A DNA stretch of 64,000 nucleotides from an uncultured virus (IMG/VR IMGVR_UViG_3300008259_004339) (Duplodnaviria > Heunggongvirae > Uroviricota > Caudoviricetes): the IMG/VR virus record IMGVR_UViG_3300008259_004339, positions 1 to 64,000 of that record; one strand, written 5' to 3'. The notes under the pieces are model-generated. The model had not been told where the DNA came from. It did not search any database and worked only from the letters and a program-made list of their open reading frames with translations. A program made the position numbers and the translations under genes. Of this stretch, positions 8,025 through 15,154 are shown piece after piece (within the stretch, counting starts at the first letter, position 1; each line of letters begins with the position of its first letter).

Positions 8025-8101
8025 TGGTAGCGGGGGAGTGAATTGAACACTCTACCTTCCGGTTATGAGCCGGACGATCTATTCCGTTGATCTACCCCGC
8101 A
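8025..8101 (-). tRNA. Initiator-like tRNA-fMet(CAT)
   Basis: TGCGGGG/CCCCGCT with 1:72 mismatch, TCCGG-CT-CAT-AA-CCGGA, overall similarity to bacterial fMet tRNA, ACCA end. Confidence 0.85.
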
Positions 8102-8124
8102 AATTTTTAAAAGAACATCAAATC

Positions 8125-8767
8125 TTATATCTTAGCTTTGTCTCTATCTCTTTCATATCCTTTAACTTCAATAAAGACATTATCATAATCTAATAATTTA
8201 AAGTCTGGAAAATATCTGTGGTAAGATTCATTCCAATAATATTGGAAATTTTCTTCAATCTTATTTGACCATCTTATATTATTTTTGTTTAAATAATCTA
8301 TTACCAATAATTCCCATTTACCAAGACAACTAGTTTCATTACCTAAACTATCTATAGTCTTAATTGTTTTAACTCTACCACAAACATTTTTACTAGAATA
8401 AGATTCTGGATTATCATCCACTGCTTTCTTCATTTTCAATGAATGTTCCAACCTTTTTTCTTTAGTCCAAACTTTCTTCTGTACTTAACTTAAAGTTTCT
8501 ACCTCTATAAATAGCCGCACATTTATTGCCACAAAAATATACTTTTTTTCGTTTTCTTTTTTTAGAAAACAAAATTATCTGATTACATTCACAGCATTTT
8601 AATGGATTTTTTTCATAATCATCAATAGAGAGTATAGTCCTTGATTTTGCAAAACATTGCAAACTACAATATTTTCTATTTCTTTCTCTAGCTCTAGAAT
8701 TGTATTTTATTATAGAACTACAAACATTACATTTATTTGGATTTAACAAGTATTCTTCTTCTGTCAT
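8125..8767 (-). mobile_element. Homing-endonuclease-like gene (Cys-rich N-terminus plus PD-(D/E)XK nuclease), split by a frameshift near 8455-8475
   Basis: ORF 8462-8767 has CxxC/YCS/FCGNKC zinc motifs; ORF 8125-8451 has KWE...YFPDF...FIEVKG; the second frame reads through as KVWTKEKRLEHSLKMKK. Confidence 0.65.
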
Positions 8768-8842
8768 ATCTAATATATATTAGAGAGCCAAACAAGAATA
8801 CATTTTATTTACACAAAAGTTAAAATTTCAAGGAACAATAAA

Positions 8843-8914
8843 TGGTAGCTGGTATGAGTGCTGCCCTCATTAAAGATTCCGTATGAAAGAATCTTGCTTG
8901 CTGAAGCCCCAGCC
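8843..8914 (-). tRNA. Atypical tRNA-like gene, CAT anticodon, extended anticodon stem
   Basis: GGCTGG/CCAGCT acceptor, GCTT-CAGC-AAGC mini D arm, 8-bp AAGATTCT/GGAATCTT stem with TT-CAT-AC loop, ATGAG-GGCAGCA-CTCAT T arm, ACCA end. Confidence 0.65.
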
Positions 8915-8922
8915 ATTACAAA

Positions 8923-8997
8923 TGGTCGCTCGCCTAAGAATCTCACTTAGTTACCAATGGTTATGAGCCATCGTCAAATAATAACCTGCCGCCAGCT
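8923..8997 (-). tRNA. Atypical tRNA-like gene, CAT anticodon (degenerate fMet-like)
   Basis: AGCTGGC/GCGAGCG acceptor with mismatches, CAGGT-TATT-ATTTG D arm, GATGG-CT-CAT-AA-CCATT, CTAAG-TGAGATT-CTTAG, ACCA end. Confidence 0.6.
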
Positions 8998-9128
8998 GTT
9001 TAAATTGTTTATAAAGAACTATCCTAAAAATTATGTTGGGTGTATCTATTGAATACTCTATCCACCCAACAAACAGAGTATACCATGCGCTAACCCCGCA
9101 ACCAAGAAGTTTTCAACCAAACATCAAA

Positions 9129-9204
9129 TGGTAGAGCCACAGAGAATCGAACTCTGATCTATTCCGTGAAAGGGAATTATCCTAAACCGTTAGACGATGA
9201 CTCC
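9129..9204 (-). tRNA. tRNA-Glu(TTC)
   Basis: GGAGTCATCGTCTAACGGTTTAGGATAATTCCCT-TTC-ACGGAATAGATCAGAGTTCGATTCTCTGTGGCTCTACCA. Confidence 0.92.
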
Positions 9205-9212
9205 GTTAAATG

Positions 9213-9426
9213 AACTGGTAATATTCATTGAGTTACTTATCTACGTAAGCATCGCTGTGTAGCGGACATTTTTCAGCACAGCACACAGTTGTGTTTGGGT
9301 TAATCATTTAATATGTTTAATGATGAAAGTCAAATTCTACACGGAAAAAATGCTTTCGTAATCAATCACGATACTTAAAAGTGTAGTTGTCCCACAATAT
9401 ATGATTTACTTCGTTTATTACCAGTT
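9213..9426 (-). ncRNA. Candidate ~214-nt structured ncRNA
   Basis: Fills the Lys-Glu tRNA spacer; perfect 11-bp terminal stem AACTGGTAATA/TATTACCAGTT; inner helices CTACAC/GTGTAG, CATATATTGTG/CACAACTGTGTG, TCGTGAT/ATTACGA. Confidence 0.6.
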
Positions 9427-9430
9427 AAAA

Positions 9431-9507
9431 TGGTGGCCCCGGTGGGACTCGAACCCACGACCAAAAGCTTAAAAGGCTTCTGCTACTACCAACTGAGCTA
9501 CAAGGCC
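9431..9507 (-). tRNA. tRNA-Lys(TTT)
   Basis: GGCCTTGTAGCTCAGTTGGTAGTAGCAGAAGCCT-TTT-AAGCTTTTGGTCGTGGGTTCGAGTCCCACCGGGGCCACCA. Confidence 0.93.
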
Positions 9508-9510
9508 ATT

Positions 9511-9528
9511 AAAATTTGTTAAAGAACT
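9511..9528 (-). promoter_or_regulatory. boxA-like motif in the tRNA operon leader
   Basis: AGTTCTTTAACAAATTTT directly upstream of tRNA-Lys, downstream of a GGGAG-AAGCA-CTCCT hairpin. Confidence 0.6.
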
Positions 9529-9598
9529 ATTACTTACAGATGTTCTAGAGGAGTGCTTCTCCCACCACGCTGAAAGAACAAATACTTACTACTTCTTT

Positions 9599-9626
9599 AT
9601 CTTACCACTAAGTTTTCAAAGATCAA
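9599..9626 (-). promoter_or_regulatory. Sigma70-type promoter of the tRNA operon
   Basis: TTGATC-N16-TAAGAT with GTGG; downstream sequence nearly identical to that of the 7680 promoter. Confidence 0.7.
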
Positions 9627-9743
9627 CTTCTTTTTTCAAGAAGTTTTGAGGTAAATTATAAATATATACAAATATTCGTAAAATTACCAAAAAGATTATT
9701 TTTTAAACTTCTAAGTTATACTTATAAGTAAATAACTTTTATT

Positions 9744-10469
9744 ATGACATTAGAAGATCAAAATAATAAATATAAAAATTGGTATTATCGTATAATACAT
9801 CATCGTTTAAACAATCCGGTTTTAAACCAATATACAGAAACACATCATATAATTCCAAAGTGTTTAGGTGGGTTAAATTGTTCATCGAATTTAGTTGAAC
9901 TGACTGCTAGAGAACATTATATATGTCACCTTTTATTAACTTCTGTATTTCCATCTTCTTCCGTAGAATATAAGAAAATGTGGAAAGCGTTTGCTTCAAT
10001 GGCTTGGTATAAAAGCGAAAATCAACTTAGAGAATACAAAATAAATAATAGAATTTATCAAAAATTAAAAATCGAATTCAGTAAAATTCAATCACAACAT
10101 CAATCCGGCACATCTAATAGTGGTTATGGAAAAAAATGGTATCACAATGTAGAATTAAAATTAAGCAATAAATTTTATCCAAACAAAGTTCCTAATGGAT
10201 GGGTTTCTGGTAGGGTTATTAACTGGGATAAGTATTTCCTTCCAAAATTCGATTCAAAAGAAACAGAATGTATTCGTTGTAAAAAAATATTTTTACCTAG
10301 AACTTCTGTTCACAAATACTGTACAACTACGTGTGCCGATAAACATCTTTATAATTCCGATACAAAGAAAATTATTATTGAAAAGAACGGTATTACTAAA
10401 TTGACCAAACGAGAAAATTTACATATGTATAAAAAATATGGATGGAATTTAATAGATAGGCTTTATTAA
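9744..10469 (+). mobile_element. HNH homing endonuclease
   Basis: YTETHHIIPKCLGG...NLVELTAREHYICHLLL; antisense insertion in the tRNA array. Confidence 0.88.
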
Positions 10470-10471
10470 AA

Positions 10472-10552
10472 TGGCGCTCCGGGAGGGACTTGAACCCCCA
10501 TTTTCATCCATTTATGCACTTAGGGCTTAGAAGACCCCGCCAGTACCGGAGC
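10472..10552 (-). tRNA. D-armless tRNA-Arg(TCT) with long variable region
   Basis: GCTCCGG/CCGGAGC acceptor, only TACTGGC in place of the D arm, GGGGT-CT-TCT-AA-GCCCT, 22-nt variable region, GGGGG-TTCAAGT-CCCTC, GCCA end. Confidence 0.75.
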
Positions 10553-10564
10553 ATTATGGTATAA

Positions 10565-10897
10565 TTACTTACCGTCGCCCAGTTCGTTACGAACAGCTTT
10601 ACCAAGTTCAGTTAGCTGAAACAGTGGTTCGCCATCTTCGTTGTGACCAGATACATATAATAGACCCTCTGCTACCATCTTGTCAACTGTTTCTTTAACT
10701 TCTGCCAAAGCAATTTCATTATAAATGACTTCAGCTTCAGCTTCATCACATTCAAGTTCTTTCATAATTACTTGAATACAGGCTTCTTTTTCTTCAGCTT
10801 TGACTTGTTCTTCTACTTTTGATGTATCTAGATTGGAACAATGATTTAGTAGATCGTCAATTGACCCGGTGAAATTATCGGTAATGTACTTGTTCAT
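10565..10897 (-). CDS. Hypothetical protein (acidic, possible winged-helix C-terminus)
   Basis: 110-aa ORF; C-terminal MVAEGLL...FQLTELGK. Confidence 0.7.
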   Translation of the reverse strand: MNKYITDNFTGSIDDLLNHCSNLDTSKVEEQVKAEEKEACIQVIMKELECDEAEAEVIYNEIALAEVKETVDKMVAEGLLYVSGHNEDGEPLFQLTELGKAVRNELGDGK

Positions 10898-10914
10898 TTT
10901 TATAAATAGTTGAA

Positions 10915-11202
10915 TTAAATACCGTAGACGGGAACATTCTTGTAATAGCGAACGGATCGATCAATCATCTTATTTAGAATCTTGGCGGTAGATACAGGTA
11001 CATTTGTTTTTGGACCCCAACCATTTTCAGCTCGACCTAGAGCAATAGTGAGTGCCTTGCACTTATCAAAACGATCACCTGCTTTTGTATTGGTGTGACT
11101 CCAACCAAATCGGATGGCGCCATCAATTACTGTGGCAACAACCATACCACGGGGTTGACCCTTGCGGTCACGTACCAACTGCTTGAGTGTAGTGTCTTTC
11201 AT
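10915..11202 (-). CDS. Phage hypothetical protein
   Basis: 95-aa ORF, GWS...GDRFDKCKALTIALGRA motif. Confidence 0.7.
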   Translation of the reverse strand: MKDTTLKQLVRDRKGQPRGMVVATVIDGAIRFGWSHTNTKAGDRFDKCKALTIALGRAENGWGPKTNVPVSTAKILNKMIDRSVRYYKNVPVYGI

Positions 11203-11226
11203 ATAACCTTTATTTAAATATTTAGT

Positions 11227-11409
11227 TTACTTTCCCTCGACGTAACGTAGTAGATCACGATTTGGTTCAGTGCCAATCTTTTCATCTACTGTCTGCTTAA
11301 TAGCAGCCTTATAATAATATTCTGCGTATAGATCTGTTAGATGCAACTTTCGTTCTGCGATTTTTGATTTGAGATTGTTAATAACTGTTTGAGTTGTCTT
11401 CGTCTTCAT
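11227..11409 (-). CDS. Hypothetical protein
   Basis: 60-aa ORF co-oriented in the gene run. Confidence 0.55.
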   Translation of the reverse strand: MKTKTTQTVINNLKSKIAERKLHLTDLYAEYYYKAAIKQTVDEKIGTEPNRDLLRYVEGK

Positions 11410-11533
11410 ATTTTGAATTGTAACGTGATGGTTTTACGTCAGTGGCTTGCCACTTCTTGTTAACCTTTTTATTTGATTTGTTGCGCCAATTTCCTTCGTT
11501 GCGTGAACGACGATCTTTGAATGACTTTCCCAT
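11378..11533 (-). CDS. Small basic hypothetical protein
   Basis: Manual translation MGKSFKDRRSRNEGNWRNKSNKK...(51 aa). Confidence 0.55.
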   Translation of the reverse strand: MGKSFKDRRSRNEGNWRNKSNKKVNKKWQATDVKPSRYNSKYEDEDNSNSY

Positions 11534-11610
11534 ATACTACTTTTAAAAATAAATAGTTTAAGAAAAGGGATTAACAAGCTTTTTTTATTAACCCCAATTC
11601 TTAATACCGT

Positions 11611-11880
11611 TTAATTTGCAGAAGTCTGAGTAGGTTCAGCAGTGGTGGTTGTGGCAACAGTGGGAGTTGTGTCGTATGTATATACGATACTTGGCTTACC
11701 ACGCTTACCAGTCTTCTGTGAACCACTGATCTTGTATCGTCCAGCGGTTACACTACGCTTAACGTGCATCCGAATTGTAGGAGCCTTAACGTTAGTGTTG
11801 ATGTTGATCAGATCAACAATGGTGAAATTGCGATCAGTGATTTCGTTTACTGCGGTTGCCTTACGGCCTGTCTTGTTCAT
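11611..11880 (-). CDS. Putative small DNA-binding (winged-helix-like) protein
   Basis: FTIVDL...KAPTIRMHVKR...TGKRGKPSIVY; own promoter at 11920-11947. Confidence 0.6.
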   Translation of the reverse strand: MNKTGRKATAVNEITDRNFTIVDLININTNVKAPTIRMHVKRSVTAGRYKISGSQKTGKRGKPSIVYTYDTTPTVATTTTAEPTQTSAN

Positions 11881-11919
11881 ATTTTTTGTTTTTTGTTAAT
11901 GTTAACCGACTACAAATTT

Positions 11920-11947
11920 ATCTTACCACGCTTTTAGAAAATGTCAA
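11920..11947 (-). promoter_or_regulatory. Sigma70-type promoter
   Basis: TTGACA-N16-TAAGAT with GTGG before the -10. Confidence 0.75.
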
Positions 11948-11957
11948 CGTTCTTTTT

Positions 11958-12142
11958 TTAATTCTTTCGAGCAGCCTCAAAAACCAGAGCATTGGTCAAA
12001 TCGCCAAAGCCATAACGCTTGCCATTGCGGTCAAACGTAGTGTCAGTGCTTTTTTGGTAATAACCAACGTTCTCACCATTGGGACCGTGTGCGTAAATTA
12101 CGCTGCCACTATCCTTTACATATCCAATTCGTGTGCTTTTAC
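11958..12142 (-). CDS. C-terminal fragment of a hypothetical protein (5' part lost in gap)
   Basis: KSTRIGYVKDSG...TFDRNGKRYGFGDLT; unrelated to the SpoU part on the other side of the gap. Confidence 0.5.
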
Positions 12143-12175
12143 NNNNNNNNNNNNNNNNNNNNNNNNNNNNNNNNN
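12143..12175. other. Assembly gap (33 N)
   Basis: Run of N. Confidence 1.
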
Positions 12176-12446
12176 TTACATAAGCAACAAAATCTTCTTC
12201 AGTCTTAATATGGTTAAGATCCGTATAATGATGTGTTCCTACAGTACCACGACGATCCCACTGCTTGCTTCCGCCTACATACATGGCTTCTTTGAAGCCA
12301 AAGAAGTTTGCATTGCGTACCAAAGTGGAGAGATTAAAATCTCCATTAACGTGCATCATAGCAACACCTGCTTCGATACAACTATTTTTACAGTAAGACT
12401 TAATATCGTCCACTGTCTTGCTCTTCAGATGATCCAAAACGTTCAT
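12176..12446 (-). CDS. SpoU/TrmH-family RNA 2'-O-methyltransferase, N-terminal part
   Basis: VAMMHVNGDFNLSTLVRNANFFG matches SPOUT motif 1 (N-x-G/S-x-x-x-R-x-A-x-x-F-G); truncated by gap. Confidence 0.7.
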
Positions 12447-12455
12447 AACAAAACT

Positions 12456-12484
12456 ACTATACCACGTAGTTTATAATAAGTCAA
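12456..12484 (-). promoter_or_regulatory. Sigma70-type promoter
   Basis: TTGACT-N17-TATAGT with GTGG before the -10. Confidence 0.65.
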
Positions 12485-12732
12485 ATCTTTTTCTTAATAG
12501 TCTTCTTGACCTTATTTTCCAAAGTTTTCTTTGGTTCCACTGGAACGGTTGTTACATTTGGTTTGGAGTTAGCGTATTCTTTTTCAGCTTCTTCAATTAC
12601 AGCTTTAATAAACTCAGTGAGTAGACCGCTCCAATTATTTCGTTCACTATCTTCTACGATTGCCAGCTTTTTCCAACGTGGCAATTCTTCAAACTTGCGT
12701 TGATATACTGTTTTATAGAATGATGCAGTCAT
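12481..12732 (-). CDS. Hypothetical protein
   Basis: 83-aa ORF with ATATTTATA upstream. Confidence 0.65.
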   Translation of the reverse strand: MTASFYKTVYQRKFEELPRWKKLAIVEDSERNNWSGLLTEFIKAVIEEAEKEYANSKPNVTTVPVEPKKTLENKVKKTIKKKI

Positions 12733-12744
12733 ATATTATAAATA

Positions 12745-12996
12745 TTAGAATGAAGTGCTCAAACGGCTAGCATATGCCATATTACTGGCTTTTCCCTTAC
12801 GGTACGATACTTTGGAGTAATTGTCAAATGCTTTTTTTGAAGTGATCACAATGCTGCCAGCAGTTTTGTGTCCAAAATGAAGATAACCATACTTTTGGTT
12901 ACGTTTAGCACTGTTTTCGCCACAAGACAAACAAATCTTGTAACCAAGTTCATAACGTTCAGGATGAATTTCGTTTCCACAACCACATTTGATCAT
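12745..12996 (-). CDS. DksA/TraR-type C4 zinc-finger protein
   Basis: CGCGNEIHPERYELGYKICLSCG resembles the DksA/TraR zinc finger. Confidence 0.6.
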   Translation of the reverse strand: MIKCGCGNEIHPERYELGYKICLSCGENSAKRNQKYGYLHFGHKTAGSIVITSKKAFDNYSKVSYRKGKASNMAYASRLSTSF

Positions 12997-13034
12997 ATAT
13001 AAAAAGTATACACGATGATGTGGTTGTGGTCAAT

Positions 13035-13061
13035 AAAAAAAGCGTACCGAGTGGTACGCTT
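13035..13061 (-). terminator. Rho-independent terminator
   Basis: AAGCGTACC-GAGT-GGTACGCTT hairpin with U-run on the minus strand. Confidence 0.8.
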
Positions 13062-13067
13062 GATGTT

Positions 13068-13586
13068 TTAGTTAGTTGGTTCGTGGGGATAGTCCGATCT
13101 TAGATGCTCTAATCTTAACTCCATATTAACAAGTTCTCGTTTAGTGTTTCTCAGTTCACTTTCAAGTTCAGTGATTTTTCTGAGTCTTGCATCAAGAATG
13201 TAATCTGGATCTGAATGTTCTCTATTTTTGATATCTTCTTCTAATGCACATCCAATGTGGTTTGTACCAAAAAGATATTCAACATCATCATTATAGGTAT
13301 TTTTACCGCAATAATTGCATATCCACTTTTCTTTTCGTTCGTTTGTAATAATCTTTTCTAATCTGGTTAGAGTCTCTACTACTTCAGTATTAGATTCGGC
13401 ATTAATAATATCATATGCCCAGTTTAAAGCATTATCTTCACGATCTTTCAACTCAGGAAAGAGTGTAATTAATTCATTCTCAATTAGTCCAATATATGGA
13501 TCGATTTGTTCTTTTTGAACATTTCGGATTTTACGTGCGTAAGTAAGAATGATATTTTTACTTACTGTGTCTATTTCTGTTTTCAT
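13068..13586 (-). CDS. Hypothetical protein with CxxC motif and coiled coil
   Basis: 172-aa ORF; WICNYCGK...HIGC. Confidence 0.65.
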   Translation of the reverse strand: MKTEIDTVSKNIILTYARKIRNVQKEQIDPYIGLIENELITLFPELKDREDNALNWAYDIINAESNTEVVETLTRLEKIITNERKEKWICNYCGKNTYNDDVEYLFGTNHIGCALEEDIKNREHSDPDYILDARLRKITELESELRNTKRELVNMELRLEHLRSDYPHEPTN

Positions 13587-13590
13587 ATGT

Positions 13591-13749
13591 TTATTTAGTG
13601 TTTGTTAAATATTTAAGCACTTCTTTTAGTGTGAAATAAAAGAAAAATGGTATCAATACCGCAAAGAAAATCATCAACACCAATATCAATGCTATTGCAA
13701 ATATACTACCAAATATTAATCCAACCGTCAAATTTATAATTTTACTCAT
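13591..13749 (-). CDS. Small membrane protein
   Basis: Manual translation MSKIINLTVGLIFGSIFAIALILVLMIFFAVLIPFFFYF...(52 aa). Confidence 0.6.
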   Translation of the reverse strand: MSKIINLTVGLIFGSIFAIALILVLMIFFAVLIPFFFYFTLKEVLKYLTNTK

Positions 13750-14017
13750 TTTTTAAAAATTTATTGTAAATCAATTTGCCTAAATTAGCTGCAAATTTAC
13801 GAGCTTTCTTTTCTGGTAAATCATACAAATGTGCGTGAAATACTTCTTCAATCAATACATTGAGTTGTCTACGAGTTAGTAACGTTGGATCTACATGAAT
13901 TTGTGGATTTTTAATATTAGGATTATCACACAAACCAGATGTCGGCCGATTGTGCCATAACGCCGGTTTGTTATAATTTACAGTGTACTCCACACCTTCA
14001 AAATTCTTAAATTTCAT
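13742..14017 (-). CDS. Zincin-like small protein
   Basis: GLCD...IHVDP...LIEEVFHAH (degenerate HExxH). Confidence 0.55.
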   Translation of the reverse strand: MKFKNFEGVEYTVNYNKPALWHNRPTSGLCDNPNIKNPQIHVDPTLLTRRQLNVLIEEVFHAHLYDLPEKKARKFAANLGKLIYNKFLKNE

Positions 14018-14259
14018 TTTAAAAAATCTTTTAGTTGTTTTTGATTTTCTGTATTTAGAATTATATAATCAGACCAAGGTTTACCATGTCGTAATATTTG
14101 CCAACACCATCTTAGTCTTTCTCGCCATGGCAGAATTCTACCACTAAGACCTCTTTCAAACAAGCTCAAAGATACTTCTTCTTCATCTTTAAATTTTTCA
14201 ACAAGAAGTCCGTGTTCAAAACAATCACAAATTAGAAATATTGATTCTTGATCTTTCAT
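14014..14259 (-). CDS. Hypothetical protein
   Basis: 81-aa ORF with 4-nt overlaps to neighbours. Confidence 0.65.
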   Translation of the reverse strand: MKDQESIFLICDCFEHGLLVEKFKDEEEVSLSLFERGLSGRILPWRERLRWCWQILRHGKPWSDYIILNTENQKQLKDFLK

Positions 14260-14840
14260 ATAATTAGTTTACGTTCCAATTTCCAAACATTAGCAATCAA
14301 AAATGAACCAGTAGAATACAACAATCTACAGATAAACCTAATAATTTTATTATATGGTTTGATAACTAATTTATAAAGATTAGTAGATTCAAACTCCTTG
14401 TTCTTTTTAAGTACTTCAATATGAAGTTTATAGTCTTCTTTTCTTTTAGAGTTATCAGTAGCTTCAAACTTAATTAGTTTAATCTTGTCAATAACTCCGT
14501 CAATAAATACAATTTCAAATTCAACCCAATAGTCATATGGTCCATCATTATAATTGTTATAATCATACATATGTATGGTTGTGGTTGTTTTTACATGCGT
14601 CCACCAATCTTTGGTTACTTTTACCATCCCATACTTTTCAAAGAATGTTTTACCGTTTGGATCGCCTTCAATATATTCTCGCTCACATTCATGCAACCAT
14701 AGTGTGCCATCTTCACGGATTTCATAACAATCCAAAGCATTGTCCAAATCTTTGGTTTGAAATCCATTAGGAATATATCCCTTAGTATCTTCTGGTAAAG
14801 GAAGAGGGTATTTACATACTATGTCATCATACATACCCAT
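14256..14840 (-). CDS. Phage hypothetical protein
   Basis: MGMYDDIVC...FQTKDLDNALDCYEIREDG motif. Confidence 0.7.
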   Translation of the reverse strand: MGMYDDIVCKYPLPLPEDTKGYIPNGFQTKDLDNALDCYEIREDGTLWLHECEREYIEGDPNGKTFFEKYGMVKVTKDWWTHVKTTTTIHMYDYNNYNDGPYDYWVEFEIVFIDGVIDKIKLIKFEATDNSKRKEDYKLHIEVLKKNKEFESTNLYKLVIKPYNKIIRFICRLLYSTGSFLIANVWKLERKLII

Positions 14841-14843
14841 AAA

Positions 14844-15077
14844 TTAATTACCTCCATTCTTGTATTCTTGAACATCATATAGAAAACTACGAAATGCTTG
14901 ATAGTCTTCAACATCAGCTTGTAATTCTCCTTCGGTCTTGTAATCCTTGATATATTCACACAACGAATCAATGTAATACCTTGGAATAGTGATGTTTTTA
15001 CCATCAAACTTCAAGTCATCGTGTTGAATAATGATTGGATTGATTACTTTGTCTTTAATTGTTAGTTCCGTTTCCAT
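14844..15077 (-). CDS. Hypothetical protein
   Basis: 77-aa ORF downstream of a TTGACA promoter-like site. Confidence 0.6.
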   Translation of the reverse strand: METELTIKDKVINPIIIQHDDLKFDGKNITIPRYYIDSLCEYIKDYKTEGELQADVEDYQAFRSFLYDVQEYKNGGN

Positions 15078-15154
15078 AGTAGTATTCTATATCTAACTAT
15101 CAAACTTTGTCAATATAAAAAATTATTTCGAAATATAAAAAATAGATATAGATA

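Noticed and set aside
9035..9070. GTTGGGTG...CACCCAAC hairpin as a separate ncRNA
   Set aside because: Single hairpin in a probable leader between a weak promoter and boxA; insufficient evidence for an independent RNA
11856..12476. 206-aa plus-strand ORF and the 162-aa fused minus ORF across the gap
   Set aside because: Both read through Ns; the plus ORF is antisense to recognisable genes
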